A DNA stretch of 64,000 bases from Escherichia coli (GTDB taxonomy: Bacteria; Pseudomonadota; Gammaproteobacteria; Enterobacterales; Enterobacteriaceae): NCBI RefSeq assembly GCF_003334255.1, contig NZ_QOWU01000002.1. One strand, given 5' to 3'. The translations under genes and the position numbers were made by a program. Positions 47,386 through 64,000 of this stretch are shown here, piece after piece (positions within the stretch are counted from its first letter, which is position 1; each line of letters begins with the position of its first letter). The notes below the pieces were generated by a model that worked only from the letters and a program-made list of their open reading frames with translations, ran no database searches and had not been told where the DNA came from.

Positions 47386-47958
47386 TTAATATTGCGTAGG
47401 AGCTGGAACTGCCGAAGACGGATTCACCTGAGTTGGTGAAGTCGAAGGTACGGTAGTCGTTGCGCCACCGCTGGCCTGAACCGGCACGGCGGTTTGCTGT
47501 ACCGGCACCAATGTCAGGTCGGCTTTAGTTCCGCCCTGGTTGATCACCGGCTGAACGGTATCGGTGATAAATACCAGTTTGTCATTCACGGTAATCGCCG
47601 CACTCAACAGAATACGCGCGTTCGGCTGAACATCTGCCGGGTTAAATGGCAGAACAAAGCTGAATGGTGACTGTTTACCTTCAGTACGCACCGCTTTCTG
47701 CGCCAGCACTTTTGACGGTGCATCGGCTAACGACGCGTCAGAAAGTGTCACGGTCAGCACAGCATCAGGCGGCAGTGCGACTTTCTGACGGATCCAGACG
47801 GTACCGGAGACATTCGGTTGCTGGATAGCTGGTTGTTGTGTTGCTGAAATAGACGTATTTGCAGCCGGTGCTGGCGTCTGAATATCCGCGCTTTTATCTG
47901 CGCAAGCCGCCAACGCAATCGCAACCGCTAAACCACTGGCCATGTGCACGAGTTTCAT
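47386..47958 (-). CDS. ybaY: Outer-membrane lipoprotein of unknown function
   Basis: 190-aa ORF with lipoprotein signal (LAACA) and Thr/Pro/Ala-rich tail. Confidence 0.88.
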   Translation of the reverse strand: MKLVHMASGLAVAIALAACADKSADIQTPAPAANTSISATQQPAIQQPNVSGTVWIRQKVALPPDAVLTVTLSDASLADAPSKVLAQKAVRTEGKQSPFSFVLPFNPADVQPNARILLSAAITVNDKLVFITDTVQPVINQGGTKADLTLVPVQQTAVPVQASGGATTTVPSTSPTQVNPSSAVPAPTQY

Positions 47959-48175
47959 TCATTTCTCCTTATTATCAATGCACCAGCGGGCTAACTTTCC
48001 TCGCCGGAAGAGTGGTTAACAAAATAGTAACGTCAACAAGTGTGGCACACATCACGCATTTCTGCCTGTAATTAGCCCGTAATTCAGACCATTGCACCCA
48101 TCGGACCAGTAGCAAATTTGCGTTATACTCAACTCACTTTGGCTTGCTGCGGCAGCTTTGTTACTGGAGAGTTAT

Positions 48176-49036
48176 ATGAGTCAGGCGCTAAAAAATTTAC
48201 TGACATTGTTAAATCTGGAAAAAATTGAGGAAGGACTCTTTCGCGGCCAGAGTGAAGATTTAGGTTTACGCCAGGTGTTTGGCGGCCAGGTCGTGGGTCA
48301 GGCCTTGTATGCTGCAAAAGAGACCGTCCCTGAAGAGCGGCTGGTACATTCGTTTCACAGCTACTTTCTTCGCCCTGGCGATAGTAAGAAGCCGATTATT
48401 TATGATGTCGAAACGCTGCGTGACGGTAACAGCTTCAGCGCCCGCCGGGTTGCTGCTATTCAAAACGGCAAACCGATTTTTTATATGACTGCCTCTTTCC
48501 AGGCACCAGAAGCGGGTTTCGAACATCAAAAAACAATGCCGTCCGCGCCAGCGCCTGATGGCCTACCTTCGGAAACGCAAATCGCCCAATCGCTGGCGCA
48601 CCTGCTGCCGCCAGTGCTGAAAGATAAATTCATCTGCGATCGTCCGCTGGAAGTCCGTCCGGTGGAGTTTCATAACCCACTGAAAGGTCACGTCGCAGAA
48701 CCACATCGTCAGGTGTGGATCCGCGCAAATGGTAGCGTGCCGGATGACCTGCGCGTTCATCAGTATCTGCTCGGTTACGCTTCTGATCTTAACTTCCTGC
48801 CGGTAGCTCTACAGCCGCACGGCATCGGTTTTCTCGAACCGGGGATTCAGATTGCCACCATTGACCATTCCATGTGGTTCCATCGCCCGTTTAATTTGAA
48901 TGAATGGCTGCTGTATAGCGTGGAGAGCACCTCGGCGTCCAGCGCACGTGGCTTTGTGCGCGGTGAGTTTTATACCCAAGACGGCGTACTGGTTGCCTCG
49001 ACCGTTCAGGAAGGGGTGATGCGTAATCACAATTAA
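48176..49036 (+). CDS. tesB: Acyl-CoA thioesterase II
   Basis: 286-aa frame from [20 protein letters not shown] inside 292-aa track ORF. Confidence 0.94.
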
Positions 49037-49042
49037 AAAAAT

Positions 49043-49074
49043 AGCCGGAGGTGAAAACCGTCCGGCTGTTTTTT
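49043..49074. terminator. Bidirectional intrinsic terminator between convergent tesB and amtB
   Basis: A-run, hairpin agccgga-ggtgaaaaccg-tccggct, then gtttttt. Confidence 0.8.
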
Positions 49075-49084
49075 GCAGTGCTTG

Positions 49085-50371
49085 TTACGCGTTATAGGCA
49101 TTCTCGCCGTGGCTGTTGACATCCAGCCCTTCTCGCTCCTGCTCTTCCGGTACACGCAGACCAACCGTCAGATCCGCCAATTTGTAGCCGATAAATGCCA
49201 CAACACCGGACCAGACGATCGTAATGGCGATGCTTTCCAGCTGTACCAGCAACTGATGGCCCATCGTCACACCTTCAGCGAAGCCCACGCCGCCCAGCGA
49301 GCTGGCGGCAAAAATCCCGGTCATGATACAGCCGACAATGCCACAAACGCCGTGCACACCGAAGACATCGCAGGGATCATCCACCCGCAGCAAGCGTTTG
49401 AGCATGGTAACGCCCCACAAGCCCGCCAGACCAGCTACCACGCCGATAATCAACGCGCCGCCAACCCCAATGTAGCCGCAGGCTGGCGTCACGCCGACCA
49501 GACCGGCAATCGCGCCAGAACACGCCCCCAGCAGTGAAGGCTTACCACGCAGCGCCCATTCACCGAAGATCCAGCCAAGAATTGCCGCCGCCGTTGCGAC
49601 CACAGTATTCACAAATGCCAGTGCCGCGATTTCATTCGCCGTGCCCGCTGACCCGGCGTTAAAGCCAAACCAACCGATATAGAGAATGGCAGTCCCGGTG
49701 AAGACCATCGGCAGGTTGTGCGGTTTAAACGCCTCTTTACCGAAGCCCACGCGTTTTCCTATCAGATACGCGCCCACCAGACCGGCGATTGCGGCGTTAA
49801 TGTGCACCACGGTGCCACCCGCGAAATCCAGCGCACCGTGAGAAGCCAGCAAACCACCGCCCCACACCATATGCGCAATCGGAATGTAAGAGAGCGTCAG
49901 CCATACCACCACGAAAATCAACACAGCTGAGAAGCGGATTCGTTCCGCCAGCGCCCCAACTATCAAGCCGACGGTAATGCAGGCAAACGATCCCTGAAAC
50001 GCCACGTGGATATACTGATAAATGCTGCCCATCACCGCCGTCAGTTCGATGTTTTTCAGCATCAACCAGTTAATGTTGCCGAAGAAGTTGTTGCCCTCAC
50101 CAAACGCCAGCGAGTAACCGTAAACCACCCAGAGAATACAGACCAGTGCAAATGTCACCGTCACCTGCGTCAGCATCGACAGCACGTTTTTGCCGCGAAT
50201 CAACCCACCGTAAAACAGGGCAATCCCCGGAATAGTCATAAACAGCACCAGCGCAGTACAAATCATCATAAACGCATTGTCGGCTTTATCGGCCACCGCA
50301 GGTGCAGCCATTACCAGTCCCGGAAGCATCGCCAGTGAAGCAAGCCCAGTTTTTATCGTCGCTATCTTCAT
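49085..50371 (-). CDS. amtB: Ammonium transporter
   Basis: 428-aa ORF with signal peptide and Amt family membrane domain. Confidence 0.95.
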   Translation of the reverse strand: MKIATIKTGLASLAMLPGLVMAAPAVADKADNAFMMICTALVLFMTIPGIALFYGGLIRGKNVLSMLTQVTVTFALVCILWVVYGYSLAFGEGNNFFGNINWLMLKNIELTAVMGSIYQYIHVAFQGSFACITVGLIVGALAERIRFSAVLIFVVVWLTLSYIPIAHMVWGGGLLASHGALDFAGGTVVHINAAIAGLVGAYLIGKRVGFGKEAFKPHNLPMVFTGTAILYIGWFGFNAGSAGTANEIAALAFVNTVVATAAAILGWIFGEWALRGKPSLLGACSGAIAGLVGVTPACGYIGVGGALIIGVVAGLAGLWGVTMLKRLLRVDDPCDVFGVHGVCGIVGCIMTGIFAASSLGGVGFAEGVTMGHQLLVQLESIAITIVWSGVVAFIGYKLADLTVGLRVPEEQEREGLDVNSHGENAYNA

Positions 50372-50400
50372 TTTTCGTTCCTGTTGCTGTGTGCCAGAGA

Positions 50401-50739
50401 TTACAGCGCCGCTTCGTCGGCTTCGCCGGTACGAATACGAATGACGCGTTGCAATTCAGCGACGAAGATTTTGCCGTCGCCAATTTTTCCGGTGTAAGCC
50501 GCCTTACTGACGATATCGATCACTTCATCGAGTTGGTCATCAGCAATCGCCACATCAATTTTTACTTTTGGCAGGAAATTGACGCTGTATTCCGCCCCCC
50601 GGTACAGCTCGGCATGCCCTTTCTGACGCCCGAAACCTTTCACTTCGGTGACGGTCAGGCCCTGAATACCAATGGAAGATAACGCTTCACGAACGTCTTC
50701 CAGCTTGAATGGTTTGATTATCACGGTCACCAGCTTCAT
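50401..50739 (-). CDS. glnK: PII nitrogen regulatory protein GlnK
   Basis: 112-aa frame from MKLVTVIIKPFKLEDV inside 158-aa track ORF; T-loop RGAEYSV. Confidence 0.94.
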   Translation of the reverse strand: MKLVTVIIKPFKLEDVREALSSIGIQGLTVTEVKGFGRQKGHAELYRGAEYSVNFLPKVKIDVAIADDQLDEVIDIVSKAAYTGKIGDGKIFVAELQRVIRIRTGEADEAAL

Positions 50740-50791
50740 AGATCCCCTCCGGTCAGAATTCGGTAATGGTTCTGCTACACGAAGAAGGTAT

Positions 50792-50808
50792 TGCAAGCGG
50801 TGTGCCAG
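50792..50808 (-). promoter_or_regulatory. Sigma54 promoter of glnK-amtB
   Basis: Minus strand reads TGGCAC-ACCGC-TTGCA (-24/-12 consensus) about 50 nt upstream of glnK. Confidence 0.8.
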
Positions 50809-50919
50809 AAATGAAAAACGAGAAAGAGAGCAGGAAGTTAAGAAGTTTGAAAATGAAAACGCACTATGACAGTGCACAGTGCGTTACATTTTTGCACCAA
50901 CGATGAAATATTGCGCTAT

Positions 50920-54466
<3,547 letters not shown>

Positions 54467-54495
54467 GCGTTGTGTCCTGACCTGATTCTGGATAT

Positions 54496-54954
54496 TTATT
54501 CGATGGGTAAAGAAGTGGTGTATTTAATCTGTTCCATCGCGAAGCTGGAAGTGACGTCCGACAGCCCCGGCACGCTGTTTACCAGACGCTTATAAAACTC
54601 GTCGTAGCGTTTCATGTCGGCAACCTGGACGCGCATCAGATAATCGTATTCACCAGCCATGCGCCAGAACCCCAGCACTTCTGGCATTTCGGTAACCACC
54701 GTGACAAAGCGGCAATACCATTCGCTGCTGTGATGTTGCGTTTTTATCAGCACAAAAGCGGTCAGGCCGAGGCCTATTTTTTCCGGATCCAGCAGGGCGA
54801 CTTTGCCGATAAGGATACCGTCGTCCTCCAGCCGTTTCAGGCGCTTCCAGCAAGGGGTGGTTGTCAGATTAACGGCTTCAGCCAGTGCCTGCAAAGAGAG
54901 GGTGCAATCCTGCTGCAGTAAGGCCAGCAGCTTACGGTCAATTTTATCTAACAT
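54496..54954 (-). CDS. decR: Lrp/AsnC-family transcriptional regulator
   Basis: 152-aa frame from [16 protein letters not shown] inside 228-aa track ORF. Confidence 0.9.
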
Positions 54955-55106
54955 AGCCCTTCCACAGAGAATTTTTTTCTCTTTTAATTTTATTTTAAAG
55001 GTGAAATCACGACAATTTATTCTGTGCGGTTTAAACACCACGGCACAAAATGACAAATTCAACGCAAAAAAAACCGGGCAATTGCCCGGTGCTGGAAGGG
55101 ATCTCG

Positions 55107-55925
55107 TTATTCGGGGGAATAAGGTAGATGTGGATAGTCCAGCCAGTGCGTCAAATAGTGAGAGACAGCCTGATTTCGGCAATGTCCAATCACCGGTAAA
55201 TGCGGGAGCTCCGCGCGCAGTTGCGGCATCGCATTGCCCATAATAAATCCGCTACCGACGCTGACTAACATTTCGCGATCGTTCATCGCATCACCAAAGG
55301 CCATGCAATCGCGCAACGATAAACCTAAATGTTGGGTCAGCACCGTCAATGCAGCGCCTTTATTGCAGCCCACCGGCAGCACTTCGAGGCAATCCGTGGC
55401 GGAAAAACACAAATGTGCACGCTCGCCTAATGCTTCGTATAGCTGGATCTGCAAGCGTGTAAGATCGTCGTGATCGCCACAGAAGCAGATCTTGGTGACG
55501 CTGCCGAGTGGCATTTTTTTGACATCGATTATCTGATAACGAAAACCGCTATAGACAAATGCCTGCAACAACGCAGGGATCTCTTTCCCGGTAAACCAAC
55601 CGTCGTCATTGAAGATATGCATGCTGGCTCGGGTATCCCATTGCTGATACAGCACCAGCTCCGCGACATCCGCAGGTAAATCATCACGATGTAAAAGTTC
55701 ACCTTCCAGAGAATGCACGCGCGTTCCGTTGCCGGTAATCAAATACGCATCCAGCGATAGCGCCCCGAGAATATGCTGCATCTCCAGCGCATGACGCCCC
55801 GTGGCAAAAGTGAGGGTAATGTCGCGTTCACGCAGTCGCGCCAAAGTAGAGAGGGTTTTCTCACCTAAATGATGGTCAGGCATCAATAAAGTGCCATCCA
55901 TATCAAATGCTGCCAGACGAGCCAT
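55107..55925 (-). CDS. cof: HAD-family HMP-PP phosphatase
   Basis: 272-aa frame from [14 protein letters not shown] (HAD motif I) inside 276-aa track ORF. Confidence 0.9.
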
Positions 55926-56024
55926 TTCTTTCTCCACTCTGTGACACGGTTAATGGTGATTGAGTATCACCTGATATATACGGAAGTAATAGTGAATAGT
56001 TAAATAATATTGTTCCGGGTTTAT

Positions 56025-57725
56025 ATGCGATTGCTCAACCGTCTTAACCAGTATCAACGTCTGTGGCAACCTTCCGCCGGAAAGCCGCAAACCGTCACCG
56101 TCAGCGAACTGGCCGAACGCTGTTTTTGCAGCGAACGCCATGTTCGTACGCTGTTGCGTCAGGCACAGGAGGCGGGATGGCTGGAGTGGCAGGCGCAGTC
56201 AGGACGCGGAAAGCGCGGACAATTACGCTTTCTGGTCACGCCGGAATCGCTACGCAATGCGATGATGGAACAGGCACTGGAAACCGGAAAGCAGCAAGAT
56301 GTGCTGGAGCTGGCGCAACTGGCCCCAGGTGAGCTGCGCACTCTGTTACAGCCGTTTATGGGCGGACAATGGCAAAACGATACACCCACGTTGCGTATTC
56401 CCTACTATCGCCCGCTCGAACCGCTACAACCAGGCTTTTTGCCCGGCCGTGCCGAGCAGCATCTCGCCGGGCAGATATTTTCCGGCCTGACCCGCTTCGA
56501 TAATAATACTCAGCGCCCGATTGGCGATTTAGCGCATCACTGGGAAACCTCTACTGACGGGTTACGCTGGGACTTTTATCTTCGTTCAACCCTACACTGG
56601 CATAACGGCGATGCAGTAAAAGCCTCACACTTACACCAGCGATTATTGATGCTGTTACAACTGCCAGCACTGGATCAATTATTTATTAGCGTGAAGCGTA
56701 TTGAAGTCACCCATCCGCAGTGTCTGACCTTCTTTTTACATCGCCCTGATTACTGGCTTGCGCACCGGCTGGCGAGCTATTGCAGCCATCTGGCGCATCC
56801 GCAATTCCCACTGATCGGCACGGGTCCTTTTCGCTTAACACAATTCACAGCAGAGCTGGTGCGCCTGGAAAGCCATGATTATTACCATTTACGTCATCCG
56901 CTGCTTAAAGCGGTTGAGTACTGGATAACTCCGCCGCTTTTCGAAAAAGATTTGGGAACCAGTTGTCGGCATCCCGTGCAAATCACCATCGGCAAACCGG
57001 AGGAGCTGCAACGGGTCAGCCAGGTCAGTAGCGGCATCAGTTTAGGTTTTTGCTATTTGACGTTGCGCAAAAGTCCCCGACTCTCCCTCTGGCAGGCGCG
57101 AAAAGTGATCTCCATTATTCATCAATCCGGTTTATTACAAACGTTAGAAGTCGGAGAAAACCTGATCACCGCCAGTCATGCATTACTGCCAGGCTGGACT
57201 ATTCCGCATTGGCAGGTACCGGATGAAGTCAAACTACCGAAAACCTTGACGCTGGTTTATCACCTACCGATAGAACTTCATACCATGGCAGAACGCCTAC
57301 AGGCGACACTGGCAGCGGAAGGCTGTGAACTCACAATTATTTTTCATAACGCAAAAAACTGGGACGACACGACCCTACAGGCACACGCAGACCTCATGAT
57401 GGGCGACAGATTAATTGGCGAAGCACCGGAATATACTCTGGAGCAATGGCTGCGCTGCGATCCGCTGTGGCCACATGTTTTCGACGCTCCAGCATACGCA
57501 CATCTACAATCGACACTGGATGCCGTGCAAATAATGCCTGATGAAGAAAACCGATTTAATGCCCTGAAAGCGGTTTTTAGCCAGTTAATGACAGATGCGA
57601 CGCTGACGCCGCTGTTCAACTATCACTATCGCATTAGTGCCCCTCCCGGCGTGAACGGTGTGCGACTGACACCGCGCGGCTGGTTTGAATTTACCGAAGC
57701 CTGGCTTCCCGCGCCATCGCAATGA
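56025..57725 (+). CDS. ybaE: SgrR-like protein (N-terminal winged HTH plus solute-binding-protein-like domain), function unknown
   Basis: 566-aa frame from MRLLNRLNQYQRLW inside 571-aa track ORF. Confidence 0.88.
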   Translation: MRLLNRLNQYQRLWQPSAGKPQTVTVSELAERCFCSERHVRTLLRQAQEAGWLEWQAQSGRGKRGQLRFLVTPESLRNAMMEQALETGKQQDVLELAQLAPGELRTLLQPFMGGQWQNDTPTLRIPYYRPLEPLQPGFLPGRAEQHLAGQIFSGLTRFDNNTQRPIGDLAHHWETSTDGLRWDFYLRSTLHWHNGDAVKASHLHQRLLMLLQLPALDQLFISVKRIEVTHPQCLTFFLHRPDYWLAHRLASYCSHLAHPQFPLIGTGPFRLTQFTAELVRLESHDYYHLRHPLLKAVEYWITPPLFEKDLGTSCRHPVQITIGKPEELQRVSQVSSGISLGFCYLTLRKSPRLSLWQARKVISIIHQSGLLQTLEVGENLITASHALLPGWTIPHWQVPDEVKLPKTLTLVYHLPIELHTMAERLQATLAAEGCELTIIFHNAKNWDDTTLQAHADLMMGDRLIGEAPEYTLEQWLRCDPLWPHVFDAPAYAHLQSTLDAVQIMPDEENRFNALKAVFSQLMTDATLTPLFNYHYRISAPPGVNGVRLTPRGWFEFTEAWLPAPSQ

Positions 57726-57789
57726 ATAGCTGGTCCGGGTTAATCGCAGGCGTTACCATAACGCTTTTATTGTTCAAGCAGGATTATCT

Positions 57790-58485
57790 ATGAAACGTGC
57801 TGTCGTTGTGTTCAGTGGAGGTCAGGATTCCACCACCTGTCTGGTGCAGGCATTACAACAATATGATGAAGTCCATTGCGTGACGTTCGATTACGGTCAG
57901 CGGCATCGCGCAGAAATCGACGTGGCACGCGAACTGGCGCTGAAACTGGGGGCACGCGCGCATAAGGTGCTGGATGTCACCCTGCTCAACGAGCTGGCGG
58001 TCAGTAGCCTGACGCGTGACAGCATTCCGGTGCCTGATTATGAACCTGAAGCCGATGGTATCCCGAATACGTTTGTCCCAGGGCGTAATATTTTGTTCCT
58101 GACGCTGGCGGCAATATATGCGTATCAGGTAAAAGCAGAAGCCGTAATTACTGGCGTCTGCGAAACGGATTTCTCCGGCTACCCGGATTGCCGCGATGAG
58201 TTTGTGAAAGCACTAAACCATGCCGTCAGTTTGGGCATGGCGAAAGATATTCGTTTTGAAACGCCGCTGATGTGGATTGATAAAGCGGAAACCTGGGCGC
58301 TGGCAGATTATTACGGCAAACTGGATTTAGTCCGTAACGAAACGTTGACCTGCTATAACGGCTTTAAAGGCGACGGTTGCGGTCATTGTGCGGCATGTAA
58401 TTTACGCGCCAACGGTTTGAATCATTATCTGGCCGATAAACCGACGGTGATGGCAGCGATGAAGCAGAAAACCGGGTTGAGGTAA
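57790..58485 (+). CDS. queC: 7-cyano-7-deazaguanine synthase
   Basis: 231-aa ORF with PP-loop VVFSGGQDS and C-terminal Cys cluster. Confidence 0.94.
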   Translation: MKRAVVVFSGGQDSTTCLVQALQQYDEVHCVTFDYGQRHRAEIDVARELALKLGARAHKVLDVTLLNELAVSSLTRDSIPVPDYEPEADGIPNTFVPGRNILFLTLAAIYAYQVKAEAVITGVCETDFSGYPDCRDEFVKALNHAVSLGMAKDIRFETPLMWIDKAETWALADYYGKLDLVRNETLTCYNGFKGDGCGHCAACNLRANGLNHYLADKPTVMAAMKQKTGLR

Positions 58486-58536
58486 TTATTCCGGGTGTCG
58501 CCGGATGCGGCTTGAGCATCCGGCACCACAAAACGT

Positions 58537-58935
58537 TTACTTAACCATCTGCTCCAGCTTTTCGCGCAATTCCCCTTCCAGAGCTAATGCTTTCTGCGTT
58601 TTAAGATCAATACAAACAAACGTAATAAGCGCATCCGCTACCACCTGCCCTTCCGGCTCCAGTGTAATGACCTGGCTTAAGATGCCGCTTTTACCGTTTA
58701 ATTGCTGCAACTGACTGGTAATAGTTAACAGGTCACTTAATACCGCTGGGCGACGATAGTTAATATTGATATTGACCACGACGAAGGCGATGTTATGGGC
58801 CGTCATCCACTGAAAACTGTCGCTATTTTCCAACCCATCCCAGCGGGCTTCTTCGAGAAATTCAAGGTAGCGGGCGTTGTTGACGTGCTGGTAAACGTCG
58901 AGATGATATCCACGAACTTTGATTTGTGTTTGCAT
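58537..58935 (-). CDS. fadM: Long-chain acyl-CoA thioesterase III (hotdog fold)
   Basis: 132-aa ORF matching recalled FadM/YbaW. Confidence 0.92.
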   Translation of the reverse strand: MQTQIKVRGYHLDVYQHVNNARYLEFLEEARWDGLENSDSFQWMTAHNIAFVVVNININYRRPAVLSDLLTITSQLQQLNGKSGILSQVITLEPEGQVVADALITFVCIDLKTQKALALEGELREKLEQMVK

Positions 58936-58976
58936 AGCGCAATAACCTTACGTTGTTGTTATAAGTACAGAGGTCA

Positions 58977-61422
<2,446 letters not shown>

Positions 61423-61613
61423 GGTGTAACAACACTCCGCTGTAGATGACTGTGTACCTCACGCAACGTATCGATGCGCGCAAAGGCCTATTGTGACAAG
61501 AAACGGGGGCAATTGTCAGCCCACAAGACGCAGAAAGTCACCGAATACAAATAAAAAAGGCACATCAGTAGATGCGCCCTTGAACTTCGTCACATCCCCA
61601 CTGGGGACAACGC

Positions 61614-61886
61614 TTAGTTTACCGCGTCTTTCAGTGCTTTACCTGCACGGAAGCTCGGTACTTTAGCAGCAGCGATGGTGATCTCTTTACCGGTCTGCGG
61701 GTTGCGGCCAGTACGGGCAGCACGCTCTTTAACGGCAAAAGTACCAAAACCTACCAGTGCTACATCATCCCCTTCTTTCAGAGATTCAGTTACGGAAGCA
61801 ATAATAGCATCTAACGCACGGCCAGCCGCAGCTTTAGAGATATCAGCCCCTGCAGCAATCTTGTCGATCAATTGAGATTTATTCAC
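61614..61886 (-). CDS. hupB: DNA-binding protein HU-beta
   Basis: 90-aa [35 protein letters not shown]... Confidence 0.96.
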
Positions 61887-62030
61887 TCTTCTCTTCCTCT
61901 TTATAATTTATATCGCACTTGAATCCTTCAAGGTACGAACGCGCAGCAGTTATATCAGGCCAGCCATCCCCTTACAACACCCCTTAATAAGGGCAAGCCC
62001 GATCCGCCATCTAACTTAGCGAGACAAAAA

Positions 62031-62070
62031 AAGGCTGGCAAGCCCGAATTAGCCTGCCAGCCCTGTTTTT
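62031..62070. terminator. Bidirectional intrinsic terminator downstream of lon
   Basis: A7, hairpin ggctggcaagccc-gaat-tagcctgccagcc, then ctgttttt. Confidence 0.8.
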
Positions 62071-62094
62071 ATTAGTGCATTTTGCGCGAGGTCA

Positions 62095-64000
62095 CTATTT
62101 TGCAGTCACAACCTGCATACCAGACGGTTCATTTTGCAGCGCCAGAGTCAGAACTTCCTCAATGCGCTTCACAGGATGAATGTCCAGATCGGCAATTACG
62201 TTGTCAGGAATCTCTTCCAGATCGCGTTTATTTTCGAACGGAATTAGCACTGTTTTAATCCCGCCGCGATGCGCTGCCAGGAGTTTTTCTTTCAAACCAC
62301 CGATCGGCAGTACCTGACCACGCAGAGTGATCTCACCGGTCATTGCCACATCGGCACGAACCGGGTTACCGGTCAGGCAAGAAACCAGCGCGGTGCACAT
62401 AGCAATACCGGCACTCGGACCATCTTTCGGCGTCGCACCTTCCGGTACGTGGACGTGGATGTCACGTTTTTCGTAAAAATCAGGGTTGATCCCCAGTTTT
62501 TCCGCACGCGCACGAACCACCGTTAACGCCGCCTGAATGGACTCCTGCATCACTTCGCCGAGCGAACCGGTATAGGTCAGTTTGCCTTTACCCGGAACAC
62601 ATGCGGTTTCAATGGTCAGCAAGTCACCGCCCACTTCCGTCCACGCCAGACCGGTTACCTGACCGACACGGTTTTCGTTATCCGCGCGACCATAGTCGAA
62701 ACGCTGAACACCGAGATAGTCATGCAGGTTATCGCCGTTAATTTCGATATGTTTTAATGACTTATCGAGCAGTAACTGCTTAACCGCTTTGCGACACAGT
62801 TTGGAGATTTCACGCTCCAGACCACGCACGCCCGCCTCACGGGTGTAGTAACGAATAATGCCGATAATGGCGCTATCGTCGACGGTCAGCTCACCTTTTT
62901 TCAGTGCATTACGTTCAATCTGCTTCGGCAGCAGGTGACGTTTGGCGATGTTCAGTTTTTCATCTTCGGTATAACCGGAGAGGCGAATCACTTCCATACG
63001 ATCCAGCAGCGGTGCCGGAATGTTCATGGAGTTCGACGTCGCGACAAACATCACGTCGCTGAGATCGTAATCCACTTCCAGGTAGTGGTCGCTGAACGCT
63101 ACGTTCTGCTCTGGATCCAGCACTTCAAGCAGTGCAGAGGCCGGATCGCCACGCATGTCAGAAGACATTTTGTCGATCTCATCGAGCAGGAACAGCGGGT
63201 TTTTCACGCCCACTTTCGCCATTTTCTGGATCAGTTTACCCGGCATAGAACCGATGTAAGTACGGCGGTGACCACGGATTTCCGCTTCATCACGCACGCC
63301 GCCCAGCGCCATACGGACATATTTACGCCCGGTGGCTTTGGCAATGGACTGACCAAGAGAGGTTTTACCTACCCCCGGCGGCCCTACCAGGCAGAGGATC
63401 GGTCCCTTGATTTTGTTGACACGGCTTTGAACCGCAAGATACTCAAGGATTCGATCTTTCACGCGCTCCAGACCATAATGGTCGGTATCAAGGATTTCCT
63501 GCGCCTGACGCAGGTCTTTTTTGACCTTGCTACGCGCATTCCACGGCACCTGTACCATCCAGTCGATATAACCACGCACTACGGTCGCTTCTGCCGACAT
63601 CGGAGACATCATTTTCAGCTTCTGCAACTCTGCTTCCGCTTTCTCTTTTGCCTCTTTCGGCATCTTCGCCGCGTCGATTTTGCGCTTCAGGGCTTCGTTT
63701 TCGTCCGGCGCGTCGTCCATTTCACCGAGTTCTTTCTGAATAGCTTTCATTTGCTCGTTCAGATAGTACTCACGCTGGGATTTCTCCATCTGCTTTTTAA
63801 CGCGGTTGCGAATGCGTTTCTCAACCTGCAGCAGATCGATTTCCGATTCCATCATTGCCATCAGATATTCCAGACGTTCGTTAACGTCGGACATCTCCAG
63901 AACAGACTGTTTGTCAGCCAGTTTCAGCGGCATATGTGCAGCAATGGTATCCGCCAGACGCGCCGGATCGTCGATGCTATTCAGCGACGTCAGCACTTCT
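62095..64000 (-). CDS. lon: Lon protease, 3' portion only (N-terminus lies beyond window end)
   Basis: C-terminal ~635 codons with Walker [10 protein letters not shown] and protease Ser in PKDGPSAG; ORF runs off the window edge. Confidence 0.95.
   Translation of the reverse strand, partial: EVLTSLNSIDDPARLADTIAAHMPLKLADKQSVLEMSDVNERLEYLMAMMESEIDLLQVEKRIRNRVKKQMEKSQREYYLNEQMKAIQKELGEMDDAPDENEALKRKIDAAKMPKEAKEKAEAELQKLKMMSPMSAEATVVRGYIDWMVQVPWNARSKVKKDLRQAQEILDTDHYGLERVKDRILEYLAVQSRVNKIKGPILCLVGPPGVGKTSLGQSIAKATGRKYVRMALGGVRDEAEIRGHRRTYIGSMPGKLIQKMAKVGVKNPLFLLDEIDKMSSDMRGDPASALLEVLDPEQNVAFSDHYLEVDYDLSDVMFVATSNSMNIPAPLLDRMEVIRLSGYTEDEKLNIAKRHLLPKQIERNALKKGELTVDDSAIIGIIRYYTREAGVRGLEREISKLCRKAVKQLLLDKSLKHIEINGDNLHDYLGVQRFDYGRADNENRVGQVTGLAWTEVGGDLLTIETACVPGKGKLTYTGSLGEVMQESIQAALTVVRARAEKLGINPDFYEKRDIHVHVPEGATPKDGPSAGIAMCTALVSCLTGNPVRADVAMTGEITLRGQVLPIGGLKEKLLAAHRGGIKTVLIPFENKRDLEEIPDNVIADLDIHPVKRIEEVLTLALQNEPSGMQVVTAK

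Overview
This 64 kb window is ordinary, well-characterised Escherichia coli K-12-type core chromosome, and I find no evidence of a novel or undescribed system in it. The one sequence-level anomaly is a 1-bp deletion in a G-run near the 5' end of acrB, which frameshifts the gene for the AcrB efflux pump. The window reads as the reverse complement of the conventional MG1655 orientation: it starts in the first 77 nt of rhsD, then runs through ybbP-ybbA/tesA, ybbO, cnoX, fetAB, qmcA-ybbJ, cueR, ybaT-glsA, copA, ybaQ, ybaP, ChiX sRNA, ybaK, ushA, fsr, ybaL, gsk, aes, hemH, adk, htpG, recR-ybaB-dnaX-apt, ybaN, priC-ybaM, mscK, acrR/acrAB, tomB-hha, maa, ylaC, pdeB, ybaA, ffs (4.5S RNA), atl, ybaY, tesB, amtB-glnK, mdlAB, decR, cof, ybaE, queC, fadM, ybaV, ppiD and hupB, ending in the 3' part of lon. 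Gene identities rest on ORF lengths and translated sequences matching my recollection of K-12 proteins; no database search was run. Every other recognised gene has a full-length reading frame. Intergenic regions contain REP/BIME palindromic repeats, recognisable operators and promoters (CueR box, AcrR operator, sigma54 glnK promoter, sigma32 htpG promoter) and intrinsic terminators. No CRISPR array, IS element, integrase or prophage gene was seen. Most six-frame ORFs not listed are antisense to conserved genes and judged spurious.
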